From Thermoplasmatota archaeon (lineage in GTDB: Archaea > Thermoplasmatota > Thermoplasmata > Thermoplasmatales > Thermoplasmataceae), in the NCBI GenBank assembly GCA_023381355.1, contig JAMCUL010000016.1, positions 40,244 to 104,243 on the forward strand: a stretch of 64,000 nucleotides of DNA. Reading direction: 5' to 3'. Both the position numbers and the translations under genes were made by a program. Under the pieces are notes generated by a model. The model saw only the letters and a list, made by a program, of their open reading frames with translations. It did no database searches and was not told the DNA's origin. The first letter of the stretch is position 1, and every line of letters begins with the position of its first letter. Below are positions 10,199-20,600 of this stretch, in pieces.

Positions 10199-10897
10199 TC
10201 ACCACTTATACATTCCTTTGAGTTTCTCATCGGCCTTCTGGACAACTGTTTCTATGAGTTTCCTTTTAACAGGGTCCATATCGTCCAGCTGCTTCCTGAA
10301 GTCCTCATCAGAGATATCCCCACGAATTTTTGCTTCGATGAGATTGGAAGACCTCTGGTCCAGAATATTATCTCTCTGAATGCCTTGAACCATGCCATTT
10401 GAATCTGACGTTAATCTCAGGGATGATATTCTTGAAATTTTCACAAACCTGTGGTTGAATCCATAACTTGAAACTATGATGGAAAATGCGATTAAGCCTA
10501 TTGCCTGTGGAATTAGAAAAACCAGGAAATTCCCATCGGTGAACCATGCAGGGACTAAGATGTATACAACATAAATGCTAAATAATTCTAAACTCAGGAT
10601 GATTAAGCCAACCCTGAGTACAGAGACAAATTTCTTCCTGCGAAGCGTGCTGGTTCTCGAAGGTAGAGTTAGCAGGAGTATTGCAAGAGCAATTGCAGGA
10701 AATGCCAAAAAACCTGAAAATAGGAGGATGAGGCTGAATTTGATGATGTTGATTGATGCAAGTAATATAATTGCTAATTCGAAGGTAATTACGATCCCAA
10801 TATCAATAAGTGCTGTAATCCATCGCCTTCCTTCTGATCCCTTATGGCTTTTATCGTTGGAAAAGGAAATTAAATCCCGATCATTTTCCCCATCCAT
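10199..10897 (-). CDS. Hypothetical membrane protein (4 TM + soluble C-terminus)
   Basis: Four hydrophobic segments; GGAGGGGT upstream of ATG. Confidence 0.75.
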   Translation of the reverse strand: MDGENDRDLISFSNDKSHKGSEGRRWITALIDIGIVITFELAIILLASINIIKFSLILLFSGFLAFPAIALAILLLTLPSRTSTLRRKKFVSVLRVGLIILSLELFSIYVVYILVPAWFTDGNFLVFLIPQAIGLIAFSIIVSSYGFNHRFVKISRISSLRLTSDSNGMVQGIQRDNILDQRSSNLIEAKIRGDISDEDFRKQLDDMDPVKRKLIETVVQKADEKLKGMYKW

Positions 10898-10900
10898 AAT

Positions 10901-11200
10901 CTACCCCTCCTTATTAGGCCTTTTTCCGGAAAGGACCGTGCCACCTGCAAGATGATGTTTCAGGTCATTCCGCAATTCCTCGTTATTTCCCGTAAGAAGA
11001 TTCAGGATTTCCTCAACTTTCAGATTCCCATTCCTGCTATTCATCAAGTCCTGAGCCAGAATAAGGATGCCATCCTTCACTATCGCCTGGAAAAATTCAT
11101 CCCATGATAAACTGTATTCATATGCAAAATCGAATCTTGTTTTCAGCCACTTCAATTTTTCATATGTTCCTGATTCTATTTTAAGCCCCACCTTGGTCAT
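10901..11200 (-). CDS. Small protein, possible ribbon-helix-helix/antitoxin-like DNA binder
   Basis: N-terminal VGLKIESGTYEKLKWLK...SWDEFFQAI has an RHH-like pattern. Confidence 0.5.
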   Translation of the reverse strand: MTKVGLKIESGTYEKLKWLKTRFDFAYEYSLSWDEFFQAIVKDGILILAQDLMNSRNGNLKVEEILNLLTGNNEELRNDLKHHLAGGTVLSGKRPNKEG

Positions 11201-11216
11201 ATTGACATGATCAAAT

Positions 11217-11262
11217 TACACTATATAAAAATTTACATTACTCTACATTACTATACATATAT
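11217..11262. repeat. 10-bp-period direct repeats (TACATTACT) at the promoter of the 99-aa gene
   Basis: TACATTACT 11234-11242 and 11244-11252, TACATATAT 11254-11262, TACACTAT at 11217; minus-strand TTTTTATATA at 11222-11231. Confidence 0.6.
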
Positions 11263-11424
11263 AGGAATTGAATCCGTAAATCTTCTTTTTTGCAGTGTTC
11301 CCCAGAGAACAGGGAGAAATACTTCTCTGTTTCCCTCACGAAAAATGCATTTCCATCACCCTCACTTTCCCTTATTGAAAAACTTATCTTCGGTGATGCC
11401 CGGACTCATCAGATTACTGACACA

Positions 11425-12456
11425 TTATGCGAAAAATGACCTGAACTGCCAGATCGTAAATATGACTCCAAACAAAGTCCCTATGATTATGTAAAAAATG
11501 AAGAACCTGTCCTTCTTGATATAGCTTGCATATGGGAAAAGCGCAGGGAAAGCCGGCAGGAGAAGCCTTGGAATTGAAAATTCAGGTACACCTACAACAA
11601 ACATCAGGGGGATTTCGATTGAGAGGCAGTACAATGTTAAAAAAAATCTATGTGTATATTCGCTTCTCGAAAGAAGATATGTACCTACGAAGAAAATCGA
11701 CATAAATGCATAATTTCTTACTAGAAAAATAATGGAGGGGATGCCGTAATGGAGATATGACGACATGATGCTCCCTTCCTGGATAATGGGAGTCCCGAAG
11801 AAAACTCCCCAGTATTTCTTTTCAATTGTGAAATACATGAATGGAGAACCGTCATAGTGCCAGAAAAGAAGAACTGCTATGATTCCAACAGTTGCGGGAA
11901 AAATAAATGTCCACCAGCGCTTCAGCCTGAATGCGAATGTTGGGAGAGCGTAAGCAAGATTTAAAAAAGTTGCGAGGGCAATCGAGAAAGATCCCAGTGC
12001 TATAAGATCTGTGCTTTCCATGGATATTGCAAGAAAAAGCAATGCTATATCATCAGAATATGGGATTGTGGAGAACAGCAAAAAAACAGGAAAGAGACCT
12101 ACCAGTATTGCGATTTTATAGCCTTTTTTCATATACAAATAGATGACAAATGCTTCTCCGAAGATGTTTGCAACAACAATGGAGGAAACTATGAACCAGA
12201 AATTCCCCCTTGGCAGTATCAGGTCAAAAACCCTTATAAACGCTGGAAATACAGGGCTGAAAGCCTGTGAAGGCAGTGTGCAATATCCGTATTCTGCGAT
12301 TCCAACGTAATAAGTGCTGTCCCAGTAATTCATTCCCTGTATTATCCTGTACCCGAAGAGATAAAGGAGAGTAATAAAAATAAAGAGTTTTCCAAGATTG
12401 TATGAGACAAATGTATAGAAAAATTCCTTCCTTTTAGTGATTTTTTCAAAATACAG
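11425..12456 (-). CDS. GT-C fold glycosyltransferase (PIG-V-like mannosyltransferase)
   Basis: WDSTYYVGIAEYGY, AFSPVFP, PYSD, SIPRL; frame open 41 codons upstream of ATG 12333 to CTG 12456. Confidence 0.75.
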   Translation of the reverse strand: MYFEKITKRKEFFYTFVSYNLGKLFIFITLLYLFGYRIIQGMNYWDSTYYVGIAEYGYCTLPSQAFSPVFPAFIRVFDLILPRGNFWFIVSSIVVANIFGEAFVIYLYMKKGYKIAILVGLFPVFLLFSTIPYSDDIALLFLAISMESTDLIALGSFSIALATFLNLAYALPTFAFRLKRWWTFIFPATVGIIAVLLFWHYDGSPFMYFTIEKKYWGVFFGTPIIQEGSIMSSYLHYGIPSIIFLVRNYAFMSIFFVGTYLLSRSEYTHRFFLTLYCLSIEIPLMFVVGVPEFSIPRLLLPAFPALFPYASYIKKDRFFIFYIIIGTLFGVIFTIWQFRSFFA

Positions 12457-12562
12457 GATAGATCACGCTTGATAGGTAACATAATTATAATTTTTTTGTC
12501 CTGATCTGAAAAGAAACAGGTAACAATGAAAACTTTATTTAATTCATTTTATATGCATTTAT

Positions 12563-13252
12563 GTGCGAATGAAGATCAGCAAAATGGTCAGCCTGATGGC
12601 ATTTGCTATTCTTGCTGCTTTCCTTGTCATATCGGCATCTTCTGTGTATATCACGACAGAGAATGATCTTAAAAGTATAGAGATGGCATTCGAAGATCTG
12701 AGAATAACAAATGGTACCGTGTTTGTGCAGGCCAGGCTGAATGGGTCAAATTCTGGCTTCCTGCCATCTCATGTAGATATCATGAACAATGTTTTAACAA
12801 TAAACCCTGAGGCCTCAATGAGCCGGAATGTTTCCCTGCCATTAAATTTGACAAAGATGAAGGTTGATGGATGGTCATTTCATTCCATAGAATATATATT
12901 CGTCGCGGTGGTATCCGAGTTTCTATCAGGAATGAACATGAGCTCGGACAGCCAGAACATATCGACTTTAATACCCCCATTCTTCACAGAAGCAAAGCTT
13001 CTGAAGACAAATAACAGTGGAGGATATGAACTCATGATGTCTGGAGTGATCCCAATCATTGCGACATTACTGAAAGTTTCACTTTATGCAGGGAACGTTT
13101 TCCTTGGAAATTTATCAACAAATGGAACAGGAGAATTCTTCTCGGGTACAGTTAGCCTCATAGGTGACCTTACAAATTCAACCCTCGCATCCAGTTCAGA
13201 TAACCTCTCATTCCGGTTCCTGGGAAATACCTGGAACATACCCTCAGTTTGA
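12563..13252 (+). CDS. Hypothetical membrane-anchored/secreted protein
   Basis: N-terminal signal/TM segment; many N-x-S/T sequons. Confidence 0.7.
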   Translation: MRMKISKMVSLMAFAILAAFLVISASSVYITTENDLKSIEMAFEDLRITNGTVFVQARLNGSNSGFLPSHVDIMNNVLTINPEASMSRNVSLPLNLTKMKVDGWSFHSIEYIFVAVVSEFLSGMNMSSDSQNISTLIPPFFTEAKLLKTNNSGGYELMMSGVIPIIATLLKVSLYAGNVFLGNLSTNGTGEFFSGTVSLIGDLTNSTLASSSDNLSFRFLGNTWNIPSV

Positions 13253-13858
13253 TCCTTCACCGATAACCTGTATTATTTCTGAAATCTCTTTTACTGTCAG
13301 ATCCTGAATTTTTATGTCTTTCCTGAAACCGTGGGTAACCAGTACCGATAGCATTCCCATCGCCCTCGCAGGAATTATATCATTGATTGAATCTCCGACA
13401 ACCATTATCTCGCCCGGATCAATACCCATTATCTCTGACGCTTTCTCATAGGCTTCTGTATCGGGTTTTCCAGTCTCCACATCATCAACAGTTATTACCT
13501 TCCCGGGAGATACTGGAATCAGATCAACAAAGGAACGTCTTGCGGATGTCACTATGATCCATTTCACATTCATGCTTTCAAGTTTGCCCAGGGTCGGTAT
13601 CACGTCTGGGAAGAAGCCCACCTCCGCGATTCTTTCCCTGAATATCCTCTCCTCGTCAGTTTCAACCTTCTCAGGTGAATCAGAAAAAATTGAGGCAAGA
13701 GATATACCGGGAAGTCCTATCAATGGCTCAATATCACATTTATCCACGTTTGCCCCATTCATGTATAGGGCCCTGTGCCATGAATCGACTCTCAGAGAGA
13801 AAGAATCAATTAGAGTCCCGTCAAGATCGAATATTATGCCTTTAATGCTTCTCTTCAT
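13244..13858 (-). CDS. HAD superfamily hydrolase
   Basis: FDLDGTLIDS, VTS, GKPD, GDSIND. Confidence 0.92.
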   Translation of the reverse strand: MKRSIKGIIFDLDGTLIDSFSLRVDSWHRALYMNGANVDKCDIEPLIGLPGISLASIFSDSPEKVETDEERIFRERIAEVGFFPDVIPTLGKLESMNVKWIIVTSARRSFVDLIPVSPGKVITVDDVETGKPDTEAYEKASEIMGIDPGEIMVVGDSINDIIPARAMGMLSVLVTHGFRKDIKIQDLTVKEISEIIQVIGEGSN

Positions 13859-14571
13859 AGGACCTGCCTCCCCCTGAATTTTTTATCATCCATGTATACA
13901 TATATTCCCTTCCCGCATACGCTGCAGTCAGGTCTTCTTTTCACATCAAACTGATCCATTGTGAATCCATTGAAGTTAAAGATATACAATTTCCCATCCT
14001 CTTCCCCGCCTTTCAATATTTTATCAGCAAAGCCCGCAATTGACGCTGAGGTTATCTGGGGAACGTATGGCAGGACACCGTCATTATGGCAGTTCAGCGG
14101 GTTCAGGACATGCTCCCCTGTAAGGCAGTGAAGGCACGATGTTACATGAGGAATGATGCATTTGATCTGTCCAATTGATCCGAAGCTTGAACTGAATATC
14201 ATGGGTATATTGTGCCTTACGGAAAATTCATTGATCAATTCCCGTGTCCTGAATGAGTCCGTTGCATCTATGATCAGACCTGCATCACCGAGAATGGATT
14301 CAACGTTGTATGAATCCACATATTCACCAATTGCAGTCGCGGAGCTTGTTCCGTTTAGCAGACTTATTTTTTCACTGCACACCATGGCTTTGTTCCTTCC
14401 CATGTCTTCCACAGAGAAGAGTGGCTGGCGATGTAAATTCGTCTCATCAACATCATCACCATCTATCAATATGAGGGAATATCCCATAGATGAGAGGATT
14501 TGTGCAGCGAATTGCCCGTTTCCACCACATCCAGCAATTGCAATGATATCATTATATCCTCCCCTGACCAT
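13855..14571 (-). CDS. ThiF/MoeB (E1-like) adenylyltransferase
   Basis: GCGGNG, DETNLHRQ, DATDS, CLHC and CSVC zinc motifs. Confidence 0.88.
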   Translation of the reverse strand: MVRGGYNDIIAIAGCGGNGQFAAQILSSMGYSLILIDGDDVDETNLHRQPLFSVEDMGRNKAMVCSEKISLLNGTSSATAIGEYVDSYNVESILGDAGLIIDATDSFRTRELINEFSVRHNIPMIFSSSFGSIGQIKCIIPHVTSCLHCLTGEHVLNPLNCHNDGVLPYVPQITSASIAGFADKILKGGEEDGKLYIFNFNGFTMDQFDVKRRPDCSVCGKGIYVYMDDKKFRGRQVL

Positions 14572-14616
14572 TTCAAACCCGGCAATTCATAAATAGGAAT
14601 TAACACTTTTCTCTCT

Positions 14617-15630
14617 GTGAAGACTAGTGTAATAAGAGAAATAGGAAAAGAAATGAACATTGAAGAACGGGAAATTCCACATGCAGGAATAGGCGAGGTG
14701 GTCATCGAGCAGAAGTTCACGGGTATCTGTTACAGGGACATTCTCACAAGGGATGGTTTCTTTCCGAGACTTACCCTCCCCATCGTTCCAGGACATGAGG
14801 TCTCCGGAATAATCAGTGAGGTTGGGGAAGGAGTAGAATATTTCAGGAAGGGAGACAGGGTTTCCAGCCTGATTTATGTGCCGTGTGGGCATTGCGAGAA
14901 CTGCATATCCGGAAGGGAAAATCTCTGCCAATACAAGAAAACGCTTGGCGAGAATATTGATGGTGCCTATTCAAGATACGTGAAGATAAACCAAAGAAGC
15001 CTCGTAAAAGTTCCAGCAGGTGTTCCTGAAGAACTGTCTACCATTGCAGCATGCGTAACAGGAATGGTGATTCATGCGCTTGATACTGCCGGGGGGATCA
15101 GTGAGGGGAGAAGAGTCCTTATAACCGGCGCAGGCGGAGGCGTTGGCTCCCATGCCATTCAGATAGCCAGGGCTTACGGGGCAGAAGTGATGGCAGTTAC
15201 AAGTTCACCGTGGAAGAAGGAGAGCCTTTACGACCTTGGGGCTGATCACGTTATAGATGCTGGGGAAGGATTCAGCAAGAAAGTTAAGGAAATATGGCCC
15301 GAGGGCGCCCACATATCCCTTGAAAATACAGGAGATGCAACCTTCTCAGATTCATTCAGGGCACTATCGTTTGGTGGTCGGATGGTTGTTGTCGGGAATC
15401 TCAAGCCTGCAGCACCCCAGCTTCCCATTGGAATCCTCATTCTGAAAGGAAACAGTATCTTTGGAAGTATATCTTCTACGAGATATGACCTGGAAAGAGC
15501 ACTGAATATGTCAATGAAGGGAAAGATCAGGGCAGTTGTTTCAAAGGAAGTACCTATCGAGGAAGTCAACCATGCATTTGAAGAGATAAAGGAGAGAAAG
15601 AATCTTGGAAGGGTCTTTATAAAATTTTGA
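14617..15630 (+). CDS. Zn-dependent medium-chain dehydrogenase/reductase (acryloyl-CoA reductase-like)
   Basis: GICYRD, PGHE, CGHCENC..C, TGAGGGVG. Confidence 0.88.
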   Translation: MKTSVIREIGKEMNIEEREIPHAGIGEVVIEQKFTGICYRDILTRDGFFPRLTLPIVPGHEVSGIISEVGEGVEYFRKGDRVSSLIYVPCGHCENCISGRENLCQYKKTLGENIDGAYSRYVKINQRSLVKVPAGVPEELSTIAACVTGMVIHALDTAGGISEGRRVLITGAGGGVGSHAIQIARAYGAEVMAVTSSPWKKESLYDLGADHVIDAGEGFSKKVKEIWPEGAHISLENTGDATFSDSFRALSFGGRMVVVGNLKPAAPQLPIGILILKGNSIFGSISSTRYDLERALNMSMKGKIRAVVSKEVPIEEVNHAFEEIKERKNLGRVFIKF

Positions 15631-15722
15631 GTGCAGTTGGGGGAGCCATCAATGACATCTCCTCTTCTTGCATGTAAGTAATTATTATATAACTGTAAAT
15701 TCATACGGATTCAGGTGAGTTT

Positions 15723-15899
15723 ATGCAGGAGATGATTTGCAACATCGAATTATCCAAAGAGGACGATGAAAAAGAAAACGGTGAAAATTACATCGCGAAG
15801 CTCAGAACAGAAATGGGCGGTCTGAGGGAGTATTCGGGGGTAACATTTGAAGATGTCCTCAACCAGGTCATAATAGAATTGGAAGAAGAATTCTCCTGA
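15723..15899 (+). CDS. Small acidic hypothetical protein (58 aa), not in ORF track
   Basis: MQEMICNIELSKEDDEKENGENYIAKLRTEMGGLREYSGVTFEDVLNQVIIELEEEFS*; SD-like AGGTGA just upstream. Confidence 0.75.
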   Translation: MQEMICNIELSKEDDEKENGENYIAKLRTEMGGLREYSGVTFEDVLNQVIIELEEEFS

Positions 15900-15943
15900 A
15901 GAGATTGTACCAAAAAACGTTTAATATGATATGAAATACTTTT

Positions 15944-16885
15944 ATGTTGAAGGAGATATTAGTCATATTTGCAGTGTCGCTTTTTCTGGTTCCCGTATCA
16001 ATGCCATTGGATCATGCAGGTGCCGGCATAAATCTTGGATTTGAGAATTCCCCGGGAATGAATGTCACGCTTGATAACAGCAATATCAGCCTGAACTGGT
16101 TCAATCCCTATTTCCTGAAATTTGATTCCAACATAGGTATTGCAAATATTTATCCACATCTGAAATGGACAATGAGGGAAAACGGAAAACTCAATTATTC
16201 CTACACAACTAATGCGAGTGTCCCAATTGGCAACATCCCATCTCCCTTTACAGGCAGCAGAGCAAGCGGGATACTTAGCCTTGATGAAGAATACCAGAAT
16301 ATCTCAGTAAATATTGATAAGTCTACGTCATCATTGAACCTTACAGGATCGAATGGGACTTCACTGATAATCAATGGAACCAACACACTCTCAGTTTCCT
16401 ATAGCATCAATATTCACGAACCCATAATCAGCAGTGGCGTCTTTGTAATCCCGATGGTTTTTTACCAGGGTCGTGGGTTCAGAAATGCAATAAATGAAAG
16501 ATTCGTGGAGAGAGCCAGTTTGAGGGAACTGAAAGGCCTGATGATGCCGATGGAGAATTCGACCCAGTCATTCATTTTTTCAATGGGCACGAGATACCTT
16601 GATAATGGCAGAACAATGAATTCTACCGTGGAATACATGCATTACGGAAGATTCTACATGTTTTATCTTCTCATGCCATATTCTGGAGCCTATAACAATA
16701 TCAGTTATGATCCTTATATTACCTTTCCAGCTTCTATTCCACTCAGGTCAATCACGGTTTCCACGCCCGTAACAGAAGCAATTGGAGAGGTTGAGAGCAA
16801 TATATATGCCTTCGCAGGTGGTGCAATACTTGGAGTACTTCTTATCGGGTCGGGATATGTCTCTTACAGGAAGAGGAATGCCTAG
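15944..16885 (+). CDS. Secreted, C-terminally anchored surface protein
   Basis: Signal peptide, N-glycosylation sequons, ISYDPYI motif, C-terminal TM + RKR tail. Confidence 0.75.
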   Translation: MLKEILVIFAVSLFLVPVSMPLDHAGAGINLGFENSPGMNVTLDNSNISLNWFNPYFLKFDSNIGIANIYPHLKWTMRENGKLNYSYTTNASVPIGNIPSPFTGSRASGILSLDEEYQNISVNIDKSTSSLNLTGSNGTSLIINGTNTLSVSYSINIHEPIISSGVFVIPMVFYQGRGFRNAINERFVERASLRELKGLMMPMENSTQSFIFSMGTRYLDNGRTMNSTVEYMHYGRFYMFYLLMPYSGAYNNISYDPYITFPASIPLRSITVSTPVTEAIGEVESNIYAFAGGAILGVLLIGSGYVSYRKRNA

Positions 16886-17382
16886 GGTTCCTTCCATTCG
16901 TCAAACAGGTCTATAAGGCTCTCCGCAAGTTCCTCTATGAAGCTCTTCTTTGAACGCCGGATGAACTCCCTCAGGTTTCCGGGATCCCTGAGCCTGTAAA
17001 CTTCACCATCCCTGATCACGAGATTATCGTCCATAAGAGATTTCACAGACTCCGCCCAGCCTTCCCCGACTCTGTCCTTAAGCCTCTCCTCGGAAGCTTC
17101 TCCCCTGCTGAGAAGGAGGAAGATGATATTCCTGCTGACCTTGTTCCTGAGGTGGAAACCAAGGGATTTCTTGAGGGATTCACCCGTTGAATACGGGAAA
17201 TAACGCTTGAATTTCCCATCCTTTCTTATGGTTATTTCCTCATCCTTTTCAAGACGGTAGAGATGGTACTCCAGCTGGCCGATTGCGAGGCCACTCTCCC
17301 TCTGGATTGCCCTGAAATGCATTCCAGGGTTTTCCCTGATTAACTGGAGAATCCTGTCCCGGGGAGAGCCTTCACTACTCAA
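16882..17382 (-). CDS. Winged-helix (ArsR-like, tandem HTH) transcriptional regulator
   Basis: NPGMHFRAIQRE..LAIGQLEYHLYRLE. Confidence 0.85.
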   Translation of the reverse strand: MSSEGSPRDRILQLIRENPGMHFRAIQRESGLAIGQLEYHLYRLEKDEEITIRKDGKFKRYFPYSTGESLKKSLGFHLRNKVSRNIIFLLLSRGEASEERLKDRVGEGWAESVKSLMDDNLVIRDGEVYRLRDPGNLREFIRRSKKSFIEELAESLIDLFDEWKEP

Positions 17383-17384
17383 AA

Positions 17385-17651
17385 CTATTTTCCCCTCATT
17401 ATTCCAAGGTAAACAAGCACCAGCATCACAAGATCAACTGCCTGAAGTATGATCTGTGTATACGATTCAAAATAGTCGATTCCAAAATACTGTAGGGAAA
17501 TTACAATGGAGGAGACCAGGATCAGAGCAAAGTAAAAAAATATGTATTTTACAATGGAAATTCCCTTCCTGAGCGCTTTCCATGAAACTATCATGAGGAA
17601 AGCTGAGATCACCGCATTAATGCCCGTTATTACAAGGAGGTAGTCTGTCAT
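17385..17651 (-). CDS. Small 3-TM membrane protein
   Basis: 88 aa, three hydrophobic segments; abuts the HTH gene. Confidence 0.75.
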   Translation of the reverse strand: MTDYLLVITGINAVISAFLMIVSWKALRKGISIVKYIFFYFALILVSSIVISLQYFGIDYFESYTQIILQAVDLVMLVLVYLGIMRGK

Positions 17652-17690
17652 TAAGTATCGTATATCAGGATATTTATAAAGTTGACGTGA

Positions 17691-20600
17691 TCATTTGTCG
17701 AACTTTACGGAATACCCGAACTCAGAAAGTGCCCTGATACATTCCCTCCTCCTTGTCATGTCTCCATTGAAATTCTCAATCGCCAGATCGTTCTTGCTCC
17801 TCCTTGCCTCCATTGAAAGCACCGGGCTTCCGTCAACAATATAGAGGAACATTCTCGTTCCTCCAAAATTTGACTTGATGGTATTCTTGAAAATGGCATA
17901 TATCAGGTCCCTGGGACTGATTATCACTTCCCTTCCCTTTCCGGGTTTCTGGGTCATGAACGTATCGGTGGCGGATATGAACATCTTTGCATCAAGGATG
18001 AATATTCTGGAAAGTTTCCGCTTCGCGCTGATCTTCTTCATTGCACGGTCATATACTGCCTGATCTTCACAGAGTGAGATTTTCCTGAACATGTCATAAT
18101 TTACATATCCAAATACTGAAATTATCTTCGTGATGAGGACGTGGGCAGCCTCTTCCATGGTAAATTTTTCAACTACAAACCTGTATTTCGCCCTTGCATC
18201 CCTGCAAATCATGCCACCTGCCCATAATTTCTGTATGGATTCCCGGATATTTTCATACTGCCCAGCGAGGCTTCCAATTATTTCCTCCTCGCTTGCAGGA
18301 TATTCCATAATGAATTTAAGCACCCTGTGATCTATTTCAGTCAGAACGGTATTCCTCAGAGTCCGGTAGAGAGAGACTGTCTCAAGGGTACCCTTTGAAG
18401 TGAGTCCGAGAGGGCCGTTGAACGAGAATATTATTTCGGATGCAAAGTAGCTTTCCAGATCCACAGTTTTTATTCCCCACATTGTTGCCTCACTGTTATC
18501 TCTGATTCCAAGGTAGGCTTCGTAAATATTGTCAAGAACCCTGCCTGACTTTGGGATGGAATTTCCATAACTTATCACGGAATATTTGAAGAGTGAATCC
18601 ATGTAAAGTGCGATGAAACTGTCAGAGCCCTTGATAAGTATTCCGTTTGATTCCCTGTATCCCAGCTCAACAAACCTGAGTCTTATCTTCTCAACTGGTT
18701 CCGTCACAAGGACACTCATTTCCTTTGAGATATATTCCCTGTCCAGGTATGAGCAGAATCTTTCCTGTGCCTCCGCCTGTTCGAATTCAATCTGGTCAAT
18801 CCAGAGTGCTTCCGGCATGATGGTTAGATTCATGATTGCGTTCAGCTTCCCCCTGCTGTAAAAGGCATGGGTGAATCCGCTGTTCTCGGTTACAAGCCTT
18901 CCCATGAATATCATCACAGGATCCGATACAGGAAGGATTATTTCTTCTGCATCATTCTTCACAGGTTCACCGTAATAAGCACCATCCCTCCCGTGAGTCA
19001 CGGTTATGCCGTTTAGATCTTCCTTGCGGATATTGAACCAGAAGCTTCGCATTATTTCCCTCTGTGTGGCAGGGCCGATGAATTTCAGCAGTACCTGCAT
19101 TGCCTCATTCCTGTCCAGACCTGATTCCGGGAGTCTTCCATATGTATTTCCATCTGAACTGATCAGCACCCTGAACTCCAGGGACTTCAAAACCTGCTTG
19201 ACCTCCTTGATTGGGATGGATGTCCCACGGGAAATGGCCTCCGCTGTTGCCCTTCCATACTTGAGAAACTCATAAATGATATCCTCCTGTTCATTTGTGT
19301 CATCTTCCCTCAACTTCTGCAGTGCCATTCCAAGATTCCTGTTCATTACAGTATACCTGTGCCTGAAAAATCTCCCACTGATGAGGCCATCAGGTTCCTG
19401 TCTCCTGTCAGCATCCCGGATTCTCATTGTCATGGATTCAATGTTCGTGTAGAATCCGATAGAATCAAAATATTCTTCGGCGGAAGAGATTTGCCTCATG
19501 AATTTCCCGAGCCTTACTTCAGAAGGTTCAACACTTTCCATTCCAAGGATTTTTTCAAGATCCCCTTTTATCATATACTGCTTTGCAAATACCGGAGTTA
19601 TGTAGTCTTCTATTATCATGCTGTCATTTTTCAGGTTTACGAGGCATTCTTCCAGTATCTCCCTGTCCATCGGAAGTTTTATTGATAGTTCATCAGACGT
19701 CATTGGCCCCATTGACTTCAGTGTGTCATATACAAGGTTCTCGGCACTGTAGTCGCCCGGAATTGATTCGACAGATCTTGCATAAACGATCCTGTCTCCG
19801 CGGAATTTTCTCTCGATGAGGTACATGGATTCGAGGCTGGCCAGGGAATTTTTTACTGCATCCTCTGCGAGTCCTGTCTCCCTCGATATTTCGGCCATTG
19901 TCCTCAGGTTACAGTCTTCCAGAACCTTCAGATCATCACTACCCGCCTCCCTCATTCTCCAGAAAAGATTCTTGAAAAGATGGACCCTGTCTGGAAGTGT
20001 CCAGTATATGCCCCTTACATAAACGCTCCTGATCCTTCCCTCATTGGCGAGTTCCCTGCACATTTCCGCAACGTCAAGACCAGTATATGGGAACGGTGAA
20101 TTGAACCTGGAGCGAGATATGTCCACGAATGGAAAATATTCAAAAAGGTCGATCAGGTCATCTCTGTTTTCTATCCTCTTTACCTTTGATGTGTAAAAGG
20201 CTTCGACCCTTGAAGGTTCGCGTATCTTGAAATCCATGTATTCTGAGCCATACGTTTTATCAACTATCCTGCTCTGAAGTTCCCTCAGCAGCTTTGCCCT
20301 GTCTTCCATCAGGACGACGTCTGAAACTCCTGCGAGCACAAGCGACAGTGAGAATGGGCTTGATTCGTTGCTGTATTCCCTGATGTGCATCGAATCTTTG
20401 TCAATTACACCGGATACGTATGCGAGCGCTGAAGGCACATCCATCATGTCATTCATTATTTCTCTGTAAGTCTCAGTTACAACTGGGAAATTCGGTATAT
20501 TTTCAAGGGCCCGGAGCACCTTGTCGCTCCTGAGCTGCTGCATGACCACCGACACTTCATGTCCTTTGTACCTTCTCAGTACCATCAGTGACCTGGTTGC

